Source: Candidatus Portnoybacteria bacterium CG08_land_8_20_14_0_20_40_83 (GTDB lineage Bacteria > Patescibacteriota > Minisyncoccia > Portnoybacterales > GWB1-42-6). Taken from it: a stretch of DNA of 38,825 bases. The stretch lies in contig PEYL01000079.1 of the NCBI GenBank assembly GCA_002774415.1, positions 1-38,825 on the forward strand, written 5' to 3'. A program made the position numbers and the translations under genes. Below the pieces are notes generated by a model. The model was not told the origin of the DNA, searched no databases, and was given only the letters and a program-made list of their open reading frames with translations. Shown here in pieces: positions 22,690 to 30,855 of this stretch (the stretch's first letter is position 1; the number at the start of each line of letters is the position of its first letter).

Positions 22690-24212
22690 CGCTGTTTTTT
22701 TCCTCCAAACAGCCACACGTAATTGTGCAGTCTTTCTGTCATTATAGCTTTTAAAAATATCCTGGTTACGGTGATGGCAGAAAACATGCTGACCAAAATG
22801 CCGATCGCCAAAGTCAAGGCAAAACCTTTAATGATGCTTGTACCTAGCCAAAATAAAATTAGGCAAGTAATCAAAGAAGAAATATTTGAATCGCGGATAG
22901 AAGTCCAGGCACGTTTGAATCCTTCGTCAATTGCGCCGCCCAAGCTTTTGCCCCAATTTAGTTCCTCTCTCATCCGCGCAAAAATCAAAATATTGGCATC
23001 AACTGCCATGCCGATGGACAAAATGAAACCGGCTATGCCTGCCAAAGTCAAAGTTACGGAAAATAATTTAAAAATTGCTAAAACAACAGCCGTATAAATT
23101 AAAAGCGCGATTGTGGCAACGAGGCCAGGCAGGCGATACCAAAAAATCATGAACAGAATAACTGCAGCCAATCCTATTAGTCCAGCAATTAAGCTTGTAT
23201 TCAACGATTTTTCGCCAAGCGAAGCACCGATAGTTTCCTGACTGATAAGTTTTATCGGCACAGGCAAGGCTCCGGCATTTAAACGCTGGGCTAATGTTTT
23301 TACTTCCTGCTCTGTAAAACTGCCTGTTATTTGCGCTTTACCGCCCGATATCACATCCTGGACCGTCGGAATGCTGATGGGTTCACCGTCAAGATAAATC
23401 GCAACTTTTTTGCCGACATTGCGGCGGGTTATATCTTCAAAAAGCTTTGCGCCCTCATCGTTAAATTGCAAAGAAACAAGAGGCCGATAAGTGGTCTGGT
23501 CATAATTAATCTGGGCGCCGGTCAAGTATTTGCCGTTTAAGCCAGTCGGCTTATAGCAAGGATCGTTCGCAGCGCCGTAGCCGCGAAGATAAGGAATCAG
23601 AACGTTGGGATTGCTACAAATTACATCTTTAACTTTATCCAGTGTGTCTTTATCCAAACTTTGTGACAAAATTTGGTCGCGCTCGGCAGTCGTCATTTCT
23701 TCCTTAAATTCCAAAAAGGGAGTTTCGCCAATCATCTTGATTGCCTGGTCAATATCGCGAATTCCTGCCAGCTCAACAATTAATCGGTGATGCTGGCCGA
23801 CAGTGTCAATTTGCACCACCGGCTCGGCAATGCCAAATGCATTGACCCGGCGCTCAATAACATCTCTCACTCCCTGCATGGCGTCGTTGATGTTGCCGTT
23901 TGAAATTTGGCTTAAATCGGCTTCGTAAACAAGGTGCGTGCCGCCCAGCAAATCCAGTCCCAACCTGAAAGGAAGATTAAAAAATTGAGGAATACTTGGC
24001 AAACTCTGCAAAAAACCAACCTCATTTTTTTTGGCGTTTAGCCAATCAACGCCTTTGTTCCAGGCTTTCGGATAATCCAAAAATCCGGCAAAAAAAGCCA
24101 GCAATATTATTGCCAGCACAATCCAAAAAAGGCGCGACACTTTTCCTTGCCTTAAAAATGAAGCACCGCGCTCCGGTGCCTCCCGTTTGATAAATAAATC
24201 AATAAGTCTCAT
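22680..24212 (-). CDS. secD: Protein-export membrane protein SecD
   Basis: I prefer the ATG at 24212 (MRLIDLF...). The track start at 24242 is a TTG. Signatures are LGLDLLGGTHLVYEAD, a periplasmic P1 domain, and the C-terminal TM bundle GIAGFILSIGMAVDANILIFARMREE. Confidence 0.9.
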   Translation of the reverse strand: MRLIDLFIKREAPERGASFLRQGKVSRLFWIVLAIILLAFFAGFLDYPKAWNKGVDWLNAKKNEVGFLQSLPSIPQFFNLPFRLGLDLLGGTHLVYEADLSQISNGNINDAMQGVRDVIERRVNAFGIAEPVVQIDTVGQHHRLIVELAGIRDIDQAIKMIGETPFLEFKEEMTTAERDQILSQSLDKDTLDKVKDVICSNPNVLIPYLRGYGAANDPCYKPTGLNGKYLTGAQINYDQTTYRPLVSLQFNDEGAKLFEDITRRNVGKKVAIYLDGEPISIPTVQDVISGGKAQITGSFTEQEVKTLAQRLNAGALPVPIKLISQETIGASLGEKSLNTSLIAGLIGLAAVILFMIFWYRLPGLVATIALLIYTAVVLAIFKLFSVTLTLAGIAGFILSIGMAVDANILIFARMREELNWGKSLGGAIDEGFKRAWTSIRDSNISSLITCLILFWLGTSIIKGFALTLAIGILVSMFSAITVTRIFLKAIMTERLHNYVWLFGGKKQRSE

Positions 24213-24353
24213 AATGACGGGTGGTGCGAAATCCCGCACCAAAAACCATCTAAGTTATGCTCTGCGATTTTGGTCTTTTGGTGCGCGGATAAAAACCTGA
24301 AAGGTTTCAAAATTATATCGGTAATTTTTGCCATACAGAAATACTTATTTATC

Positions 24354-24382
24354 AAGATACTACAAAATGCTTTTTATGTCAA
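24354..24382 (-). promoter_or_regulatory. Likely promoter of secDF
   Basis: The minus strand reads TTGACA (24382-24377), a 17-nt spacer, then TATCTT (24359-24354). This is about 140 nt upstream of the secD ATG. Confidence 0.45.
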
Positions 24383-24456
24383 AGCCTAATTCAAGAGCTT
24401 GGTGAATAATGCCAATCTATTCCCTTTTTCGAGCGTAGCGAGTTGAAGGATTTTAA

Positions 24457-24501
24457 GCAAAATTTTACCCCCTTCGACAGGCTCAAGGAGTAAAATTTTG
24501 C
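24457..24501. repeat. 12-bp inverted repeat GCAAAATTTTAC / GTAAAATTTTGC enclosing a TTCGACAGGCTCAAGGAG motif
   Basis: The arms at 24457-24468 and 24490-24501 are perfect. The loop carries the TTCGAC...GCTCA(A/G)G core seen at 7851-7868. Confidence 0.7.
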
Positions 24502-24542
24502 TATTATGCACCAAACTCATTCAAAAATTAAACAGGAGGACA

Positions 24543-24570
24543 AAAAAACAGGGATTAAATCCCTGTTTTT
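24543..24570 (-). terminator. Intrinsic terminator of the RRM-protein gene
   Basis: AAAAAAACAGGGAT-taa-ATCCCTGTTTTTTT. On the minus strand the hairpin is followed by a T-run. Confidence 0.75.
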
Positions 24571-24587
24571 TTTATTGGTCTAATTTA

Positions 24588-24647
24588 CCCCCACACCAGA
24601 AAATTACTTCTGGTTATGAAGATAAATATTACCCCTTGGTGTGGGGG
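24588..24647. repeat. Second CCCCCACACCA / TGGTGTGGGGG inverted-repeat pair
   Basis: The arms are at 24588-24598 and 24637-24647 with a 38-nt loop. The element starts 1 nt beyond the RRM-protein stop codon (24649-24651). Confidence 0.75.
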
Positions 24648-24648
24648 T

Positions 24649-24969
24649 TTACCATCTAGAACCGCCGCCGAAACCTCGGCCGCCGCCGCCGCGATTAAAA
24701 TCTCGGCGAGGAGGACGAGCCTCCATTGGGCGTGCTTCGTTGACTGTCAGTGTGCGACCATCGAGTTCCTTGCCATTTAAAAGCTCTATTGCTTTTGCCG
24801 CTTCCTCTTCGGAAGACATTTCGACAAAACCAAAGCCCTTGGAACGGCCGGACATTTTGTCCACGATAATTGTCGCGGTTTCAACAGTGCCAGCCTGAGA
24901 GAAAGTATCTTTCAACGTATCCTCAGTGGTGCTGTATGACAAACCACCAACGTATAATTTCTTTGCCAT
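24649..24969 (-). CDS. RRM-domain RNA-binding protein with an RGG tail
   Basis: I prefer the ATG at 24969 (MAKKLYVGGLSYSTTE...). RNP-2 is LYVGGL, RNP-1 is KGFGFVEM, and the C-terminal tail is RRDFNRGGGGRGFGGGSRW. The upstream 28 codons of the track ORF lack any matching pattern. Confidence 0.88.
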   Translation of the reverse strand: MAKKLYVGGLSYSTTEDTLKDTFSQAGTVETATIIVDKMSGRSKGFGFVEMSSEEEAAKAIELLNGKELDGRTLTVNEARPMEARPPRRDFNRGGGGRGFGGGSRW

Positions 24970-25091
24970 TTTGTTGCTTAAACTTATTAATTTATTTATG
25001 TAAGGCGACCTCTCATTTGAATTCTTTGGCCGCTTACACTTAATAATTAGCATAGGGCAAAGAAACTTATTGAGAAACTTACAATATATTC

Positions 25092-25119
25092 ATTATACAC
25101 CTTTGAAAGGAAATGTCAA
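25092..25119 (-). promoter_or_regulatory. Strong consensus promoter for the RRM-protein gene; its -35 overlaps a family B repeat terminus
   Basis: The minus strand reads TTGACA (25119-25114), a 16-nt spacer, then TATAAT (25097-25092). The -35 is formed by the GGGGTTGAC end of the repeat at 25116-25232. Confidence 0.6.
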
Positions 25120-25232
25120 CCCCGTTAGAAGTTTTTATAAAAACTTCTTTTTACGAACTAAATAGCCGTAAGGCGAGTTCGCTTTCAAAAATTCAAATAT
25201 TACCGCCTTGGCTGAACTTCTAACGGGGTCAA
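25116..25232. repeat. Family B MITE-like element, copy 2
   Basis: TCAACCCCGTTAGAAGTT (25116-) ... GAACTTCTAACGGGGTCAAG (-25232). The interior contains AGCCGTAAGGCG within a CGAACT/AGTTCG stem. Confidence 0.8.
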
Positions 25233-25353
25233 GTTTTTTGTAAGTATTAAGCATTATGATAGAATGTCAGTTGTAAAATTAGCTAAAGGTTAGGAAATTT
25301 AATTAATAAATTTAGCTAAAATTATGACTGATCAAAAAACCCACCGACGCTCT

Positions 25354-25569
25354 TTAAGGAATGGGATAATAGCCGTCCTGACCAAACTCAAGCGTCACGC
25401 CGTCAGCCACGGAAAATATGGGATATTTCTCGGATTAGGCTAGGCAGTCTTCCTGCAAATGGACGAGGTCTATGAATTTTTCCCAATCCAAATTTTTATC
25501 CTTCAGCACTATTTCCAAAAATTCTCTCCCCGCCGGCTCCAAAATTTTAAAGATTTTAAGATTTTGCAT
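25354..25569 (-). pseudogene. Small reading frame (71 sense codons) interrupted by one in-frame TAA; possible decayed gene
   Basis: Starting from ATG 25569, the frame reads MQNLKIFKILEPAGREFLEIVLKDKNLDWEKFIDLVHLQEDCLA, then TAA (25437-25435), then in the same frame SEKYPIFSVADGVTLEFGQDGYYPIP and TAA (25356-25354). I recognise no family. Confidence 0.25.
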
Positions 25570-25575
25570 ATTCTA

Positions 25576-25596
25576 GAAATTTCGATATATCGATAT
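25576..25596. repeat. Left 21-bp inverted repeat bracketing the four-helix-bundle gene
   Basis: GAAATTTCGATATATCGATAT is the exact reverse complement of 26085-26105. Confidence 0.85.
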
Positions 25597-25610
25597 TCCG
25601 AAATATTATG

Positions 25611-26078
25611 TTATTCCTCTTTATAGAACTTCTCATAAATCTCCGGCGCGGTTGTTTTTAAAATTTCTTTCATCGGATCCTCTCTTTCAACGCGCTTAAA
25701 TTGTATTCCCTGGCGCGAGCCGCCTTTAACTTTATACGCGAAACTTTGGATTAATCGCGAACATTCATCGCATAATTTCAGACCGCGCTCCATATCTTTG
25801 TCTAAAACATAATGCCTGTCGTACGCCAAATACAACTGACTCCTTGCTTCTCCGACCTCACCCTTGGCAATGAATAAGGCATCAATTAATTCCGACCGCG
25901 TCCCTCTGTCAAATCCTTCCGCAATATTGGACATTGGCGATATGATAGTTTTGCGGATGTGCCATTTCAATTTTGGGTCTTTAAATATCGGCTTATCGGT
26001 AATGTCAAAAATAAAATTGGCCAATTCTCTTGTTTTCTGCCAGCAAATTAAGTCTTCAAATTTTTGTATTGTCGCCAT
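25611..26078 (-). CDS. Four-helix-bundle protein (23S rRNA intervening-sequence protein family)
   Basis: 155 aa: FEDLICWQKTRELANFIFDIT...IRKTIISPMSNIAEGFDRGTRSELIDALFIAKGEVGEARSQLYLAYDRHYV...LIQSF. This is the characteristic pattern of the family. Confidence 0.8.
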   Translation of the reverse strand: MATIQKFEDLICWQKTRELANFIFDITDKPIFKDPKLKWHIRKTIISPMSNIAEGFDRGTRSELIDALFIAKGEVGEARSQLYLAYDRHYVLDKDMERGLKLCDECSRLIQSFAYKVKGGSRQGIQFKRVEREDPMKEILKTTAPEIYEKFYKEE

Positions 26079-26084
26079 TTTTAC

Positions 26085-26158
26085 ATATCGATATATCGAA
26101 ATTTCGACATATTGAAATAATATTCCCGCGACATATCGAAATCTTGAAATATCGAAAC
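26085..26158. repeat. Right 21-bp inverted repeat plus an array of ATATCGAAA(T) units upstream of the four-helix-bundle gene
   Basis: ATATCGATATATCGAAATTTC spans 26085-26105. Further units follow: CATATTGAAAT (26108), ACATATCGAAAT (26131) and AATATCGAAAC (26147). The array occupies the entire ASCH-stop to 4HB-start spacer. Confidence 0.8.
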
Positions 26159-26159
26159 G

Positions 26160-26504
26160 TTATTTTAGTTCAAACGCAATTATTCCGTATTTTTTGATTT
26201 TTTCTTTATAATTAGGGAAGTTCCAATAAACTTGGCGCAGCTCTTGCTCAGTTGAAACCCACGGATTAACTTGCCTGATTTTATATTTTTTCAGCATTGC
26301 TTTTATTGTTTTAAAATGCCGTACGGCTTTAACTACGTTTTCAAATCTTTGTTTTCCGCAGACTAAAACAATCCTGTCCCCGGCACGGATATTCTTAAAT
26401 TTTTTCGTCGCCGCGCGCGTTTCAATCTTTTTGCTGCCGTTTTTAATCGCTTCAAAAATATCTCTATTCACTGCGCGGAATTTTAATGTTGTATTTTTCC
26501 CCAT
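26160..26504 (-). CDS. ASCH (PUA-like) domain protein
   Basis: 114 aa. LKFRAVNRDIFEAIKNGSKKIETRAATKKFKNIRAGDRIVLVCG and the overall size fit ASCH-domain proteins. Confidence 0.6.
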   Translation of the reverse strand: MGKNTTLKFRAVNRDIFEAIKNGSKKIETRAATKKFKNIRAGDRIVLVCGKQRFENVVKAVRHFKTIKAMLKKYKIRQVNPWVSTEQELRQVYWNFPNYKEKIKKYGIIAFELK

Positions 26505-26616
26505 AACACTTTTATTGCTTTAATGATGTCCCACACGGATTTTCTTTATTTCAAGCCATTTTCCAATTTGTAAACCCATAGAATTGGTCAAAATATTGAA
26601 AATGCCACGGGGATTT

Positions 26617-27069
26617 TTAATTTGAAACCACATAAGCCAGCACATCGAAATTCGGGTCATAGAATTCTATCATTTCATACTCTGGCCGCTTAATGAGGCG
26701 CAAATTTTCAGGATGGTCGGATAGGCAATCTTTTTTGAAGGATTCGTAATCGGTCTCAAAGTCATTACATCCAACCTGTGGGCGTTCGGGGTCGGGTTTC
26801 CTAATGCGCAGGTGCGTTATCTGGTTGTCGTCAACAATTATAGGCTCATGTAGCTCAACTCTCGGTCCGTTGTTGTAATTGTACGGCTTGCCTATTTGCC
26901 CCAATATCTGAATTAATCTTTCAAACTCAGGTTGCGAATGCGCAAATATCGTTAACGACTTAATCGGAAAGCTCTTGCCGACTATTCGCTTAGCCAATTT
27001 CGTGGTTTCGGTAGCCACATATTGTACCGCTTCTATTAACTCTTCTTTGTTTTTCAGTAATTTCCTCAT
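26617..27069 (-). CDS. Hypothetical protein (150 aa)
   Basis: Clean ORF with no overlap to neighbours and no motif I can name. The C-terminal MIEFYDPNFDVLAYVV is faintly glyoxalase/VOC-like. Confidence 0.45.
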   Translation of the reverse strand: MRKLLKNKEELIEAVQYVATETTKLAKRIVGKSFPIKSLTIFAHSQPEFERLIQILGQIGKPYNYNNGPRVELHEPIIVDDNQITHLRIRKPDPERPQVGCNDFETDYESFKKDCLSDHPENLRLIKRPEYEMIEFYDPNFDVLAYVVSN

Positions 27070-27081
27070 AACTCGTTGTCC

Positions 27082-29763
27082 CTACGCCCCGTGGCATCTT
27101 TTGTATTTAATCGGCCGGCCATCCGGATGTTTAGCGCCGCACCAGCAAGGATCGTTGCGGCCTATTTTTGCGTTTGGCGCAAAACGGGCGCCCGTCCCGC
27201 CTGGGGCGGAATTAGGGCGGCCGATATCTTTATTGGGCGACTGTGACATGGGCGTACCGGCCGGGGGACGATTCTCAAAAGCTCTTGCCATCGGATTTTC
27301 CTGACGCGGCTCTTTTGTCAAAGAAACTCTATAAATTGTCTTTGCCACGCTTGATTCAATTGCACCAAGCAAGCTCTGAAACAATTTATGTCCTTCGTTT
27401 TTGTATTCAACCAAGGGGTCGCGCTGGCCGTAAGCGCGCAGGCGCACCGAATCGCGCAAATGCTCCATATTGTCCAAGTGGTCCATCCAAAAAACATCAA
27501 TTGTCCGCAGCATTATTAATCTTTCGATTTGCCGCATATTTTCTTGCCCGACTTCTTTTTCTTTTATCTCATAAGCATTTTTTGCCGCCTCAACCAGATA
27601 ATTCGTTATTTCCTCACTATCTTTAAAATCTGCCAATTTCTGCCGTGCATCGCCGGGCAAGGGAAAAATAGAATTTGACACTTCATAAATTTCTTTAAAA
27701 TTCCATTCAGGCTGCTCGCCCAGCGTATTTGCTTGAACTAAACCGACTATTTCTTTTTCAACTGCTTCCATAATCTCGTCTTTGAGCGATTTTTCTGTTT
27801 CGCCGGCCAAAACTCCCCTGCGCCAGAGATAAATCCTTTGGCGCTGCTTATTCATTACATCATCGTAGTCCAAAACATGTTTTCTTATATCAAAATTATA
27901 TCCTTCAATTTTTCCCTGGGCCGCTTCAATGGCCCGCGATACCATTCTATTTTCAATCGGCTGGTCTTCGGGCACATTAAGTACTTCCATCATCCGCTTT
28001 AGCCGGTCTGAACCAAAAATTCTCATCAGATCATCTTTAAGTGAAACAAAAAATTGGGAAGAACCGGGATCCCCTTGTCTGCCGCCGCGTCCTCTCAACT
28101 GGTTATCAATTCTCCGAGCTTCATGCCTTTCTGTACCAATTATATGTAAACCATCCAAGGCCACTACCCTATCGTGCTGCTCTACACTTTCCGGCCTGCC
28201 GCCCAAAATAATATCTACTCCTCTGCCGGCCATATTTGTGGCAACGGTTACCGCGTCTGCTTTGCCGGCCTGCGCAATAATCTGTGCTTCCTGCTCGTGG
28301 TTTTTGGCATTTAAAAGCTGATGGGAAATTCCTTCTTTTTTCAGCAAAGCGGATAATCGCTCGTTTTTTTCTATTGACACCGTACCAACCAAAACCGGCT
28401 GGCCTTTTTGGCTCCTATCTTTTATTTCCCTGGCTACGGCCTGGAATTTACCCCTTTCTGTACGATAAATTCTGTCCGGCAAATCCGCCCGGATCATCGG
28501 CTTGTTTGTCGGAATAGCCGCCACTTCAAGATTATAAACTTTTGAAAATTCTTCGGCATTGGTGAGCGCCGTACCGGTCATGCCCGCCAATTTTTTGTAC
28601 ATGCGAAAATAATTCTGAAAAGTAATTGTCGCAAGGGTGCGCGATTCCTGCTGCACTTTTACTCCTTCTTTTGCCTCAATTGCCTGATGCAGGCCTTCTG
28701 AATATCTTCTGCCAAACATTAGTCGCCCTGTAAAATCATCAACAATAATCACTTCGCCTCCGTCGGCTGACGGATTCACAACATAATCCTTGTCTCGTTT
28801 AAAAAGAATTTCCGCGCGCAAAGCCTGTTCCAGATGATGGGCATAACTCACACCGCCTTCGTTATAAATATCCATGCCCAAAATTTTTTCAACCTTGGCA
28901 ATTCCTTCTTCGGTTAAGCTGACCGCCCGCATTTTTTCATCAACCGTATAATCTTGCTCGGCTTTAAGTTTGGGCACAATTGTCGCAAACATTTGATAAA
29001 GCTTACCCGAATCCACATCCGGCGCCGAAATTATCAAAGGTGTCCGCGCCTCATCAATCAAAATTGAGTCAACTTCGTCAACAATCGCATAATTATGGCC
29101 TCGCTGGACCAATTCGCTCAAATCGCCAACCATATTGTCGCGCAAATAATCAAAACCAAATTCATTGTTAGTGCCGTATGTTATATCGGCTTTGTATGCT
29201 TGGAAACGCAACACTTCTTTTAAGTTCTCCATCTCTATTGTCACTTCATTTTTATCACTTTGGGCTGCGGGCTCAAACAAATACGCTCTGTCATGCACAA
29301 TGCAGCCCACGCTCACTCCAAGCGCATGGTAAATCGGCCCCATCCAGTTTGTATCGCGCTTGGACAAATAATCATTAACCGTTACTACATGAACCCCTTT
29401 TGCTTGGAGCGCATTTAAATAGACCGCCAAAGTCGCCGCTAAGGTTTTCCCTTCGCCTGTTTTCATCTCAGCAATTTTCCCTTCGTGCAATGTAATTCCG
29501 CCAATTAACTGCACATCAAAATGCCGTTGCGAAATTGTTCGCTTGGCCGCCTCTCTCACCGCCGCAAAGGCTTCAGGCAGCAAATCGTCGAGAATTTCAC
29601 CCTTGCCAAGGCGTTCTTTAAATTCCTCAGATTTTTCCCGAAGCTCCAAGTCCGAAAATGCCTCAAATTGCTTTTCGAGTTCATTTATTTTTTCCACCAG
29701 CGGCATATATTTTGACACAACCCGGCTGCCAGAATCGCCAAAAATTTTAGAAAAAATAGCCAT
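27082..29763 (-). CDS. secA: Preprotein translocase ATPase SecA
   Basis: 893 aa: Walker [38 protein letters not shown], and the C-terminal zinc motif [20 protein letters not shown]. Confidence 0.95.
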   Translation of the reverse strand: MAIFSKIFGDSGSRVVSKYMPLVEKINELEKQFEAFSDLELREKSEEFKERLGKGEILDDLLPEAFAAVREAAKRTISQRHFDVQLIGGITLHEGKIAEMKTGEGKTLAATLAVYLNALQAKGVHVVTVNDYLSKRDTNWMGPIYHALGVSVGCIVHDRAYLFEPAAQSDKNEVTIEMENLKEVLRFQAYKADITYGTNNEFGFDYLRDNMVGDLSELVQRGHNYAIVDEVDSILIDEARTPLIISAPDVDSGKLYQMFATIVPKLKAEQDYTVDEKMRAVSLTEEGIAKVEKILGMDIYNEGGVSYAHHLEQALRAEILFKRDKDYVVNPSADGGEVIIVDDFTGRLMFGRRYSEGLHQAIEAKEGVKVQQESRTLATITFQNYFRMYKKLAGMTGTALTNAEEFSKVYNLEVAAIPTNKPMIRADLPDRIYRTERGKFQAVAREIKDRSQKGQPVLVGTVSIEKNERLSALLKKEGISHQLLNAKNHEQEAQIIAQAGKADAVTVATNMAGRGVDIILGGRPESVEQHDRVVALDGLHIIGTERHEARRIDNQLRGRGGRQGDPGSSQFFVSLKDDLMRIFGSDRLKRMMEVLNVPEDQPIENRMVSRAIEAAQGKIEGYNFDIRKHVLDYDDVMNKQRQRIYLWRRGVLAGETEKSLKDEIMEAVEKEIVGLVQANTLGEQPEWNFKEIYEVSNSIFPLPGDARQKLADFKDSEEITNYLVEAAKNAYEIKEKEVGQENMRQIERLIMLRTIDVFWMDHLDNMEHLRDSVRLRAYGQRDPLVEYKNEGHKLFQSLLGAIESSVAKTIYRVSLTKEPRQENPMARAFENRPPAGTPMSQSPNKDIGRPNSAPGGTGARFAPNAKIGRNDPCWCGAKHPDGRPIKYKRCHGA

Positions 29764-29770
29764 GTTCTTT

Positions 29771-29810
29771 TGTAGGCGCCGCCCCGACGAACGTCGGGGC
29801 GGCGCCTACA
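29771..29810 (-). promoter_or_regulatory. Perfect 19-bp GC-rich hairpin in the secA leader, ending 7 nt before the AUG
   Basis: TGTAGGCGCCGCCCCGACG-aa-CGTCGGGGCGGCGCCTACA. The core CCCGACGAA(G)CGTCGGG also occurs at 19168-19184. The two overlapping track ORFs here are palindrome artefacts. Confidence 0.6.
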
Positions 29811-29823
29811 TTTATTCTTTATA

Positions 29824-29851
29824 ATTGTACCCCCATTTGACAAAAAATCAA
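29824..29851 (-). promoter_or_regulatory. Possible secA promoter
   Basis: The minus strand reads TTGATT (29851-29846), a 16-nt spacer, then TACAAT (29829-29824). This places the transcription start just upstream of the 40-nt palindrome. Confidence 0.4.
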
Positions 29852-29857
29852 CGCTTG

Positions 29858-29881
29858 AAAAAAAACGGGTCAAAACCCGTT
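29858..29881 (-). terminator. Intrinsic terminator ending the polyamine operon
   Basis: The minus strand reads AACGGGT-tttg-ACCCGTT followed by TTTTTTTT. It lies 29 nt after the speB stop. Confidence 0.7.
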
Positions 29882-29909
29882 ATCGCACCTCAGAAAATAT
29901 TTATTAAAA

Positions 29910-30848
29910 TCAAGCAAAAATATAGCCAATAATCTTGTAAACTAATTTGGCGGCCAAAAAATCCGGCGCATTTAGGCCCTGAATTGGCGCAAGCTCCACG
30001 ACATCGGCTCCGATGATATTTTTCTTGGAAGCAATTGCTTTTAAAATCTCCATCGCCTGATACCATTGCAAACCGCCCGGTTCCGGCGTGCTGCAGGATG
30101 GCATAATCCCGGAATCAAACGCATCAACATCAAAAGTTAAATAAACATTTTTATCTAAAGAATTAACAATATCACTAATTTTCCATCTCGCCATATCTTT
30201 TGCCCAAAATGTTTTTATTCTTTTTTGATTTTCTTTCCAAAAACCGAACTCATCGGTATCGGTGCTGATATTCCTGATGCCGACTTGCGTTAGCGTGACA
30301 TCCCCCTCCCTCTCCTTCTCCCTTTGCAAGGGGGAGGGAGAGGTGAGGGATGAATTTAATTTTAGGCATTGACGCATAACACAGGCATGATTATAAATCG
30401 TGCCTTCGTATTCTTCGCGCAAATCCGCATGGGCGTCAAATTGCAAAATTGAAATTTCGCCATATTTTTTTTGAGCCGCGCGAACGGCTCCCAAAGTCAA
30501 AGAATGTTCGCCGCCCAAAATCAGCGGAAACTTATTTAATTTATAAATTTCATTAACAATCTCTTCGAGCTGCCCAATCGCTGCTTCGTGACTTTTTTTT
30601 ATTTTTGGCTCGGCCAAAGTCGTAATCGCCACCTCTTTATAAACGTCTTTTTTCAATTCTTCGTCAAAGGTTTCCAATTGCGGGCTGACTTCAATAATGC
30701 GCTCGGGACCTTTATGCGTTCCTTTGCCAAAACAGACCGTTTTTTCCAACCCAAAAGGCACGATAACAACATCGGCCAAATCAGGCGAATTTTTTTCGTC
30801 TAAAAAATTTTTTTTCGCTAATTTTAATTTCATCTTGTCTTTCTGCAA
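29910..30848 (-). CDS. speB: Agmatinase (arginase/ureohydrolase family) carrying a repeat-like in-frame insert
   Basis: Mn-site motifs GGEHSLTLG, QFDAHADLRE and TFDVDAFDSG, plus STPEPGGL. There is an extra segment SSLTSPSPLQREKEREGD (see findings). Confidence 0.85.
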   Translation of the reverse strand: MQKDKMKLKLAKKNFLDEKNSPDLADVVIVPFGLEKTVCFGKGTHKGPERIIEVSPQLETFDEELKKDVYKEVAITTLAEPKIKKSHEAAIGQLEEIVNEIYKLNKFPLILGGEHSLTLGAVRAAQKKYGEISILQFDAHADLREEYEGTIYNHACVMRQCLKLNSSLTSPSPLQREKEREGDVTLTQVGIRNISTDTDEFGFWKENQKRIKTFWAKDMARWKISDIVNSLDKNVYLTFDVDAFDSGIMPSCSTPEPGGLQWYQAMEILKAIASKKNIIGADVVELAPIQGLNAPDFLAAKLVYKIIGYIFA

Positions 30849-30855
30849 AAATTAA

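Noticed and set aside
25435-25437. In-frame TAA as a sign of stop-codon reassignment
   Set aside because: TAA, TAG and TGA all terminate well-conserved genes at their expected ends in this window (for example rpmJ with TAA, rpsM with TAG, speB and nspC with TGA). The standard code fits. The interrupted frame is more likely a pseudogene or non-coding.
27082-27260. GC-rich segment encoding the SecA linker ([43 protein letters not shown]) as another repeat insertion
   Set aside because: SecA proteins normally have a variable, Pro/Gly-rich linker before the C-terminal zinc motif. I could not match this DNA to any of the repeat families in the window.
29543-29873. ORFs 29543-29824 (+) and 29685-29873 (-) sharing RRRPD.RRGGAY
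   Set aside because: They are artefacts of the 40-nt perfect palindrome in the secA leader. They overlap the secA N-terminus or the promoter/terminator region.
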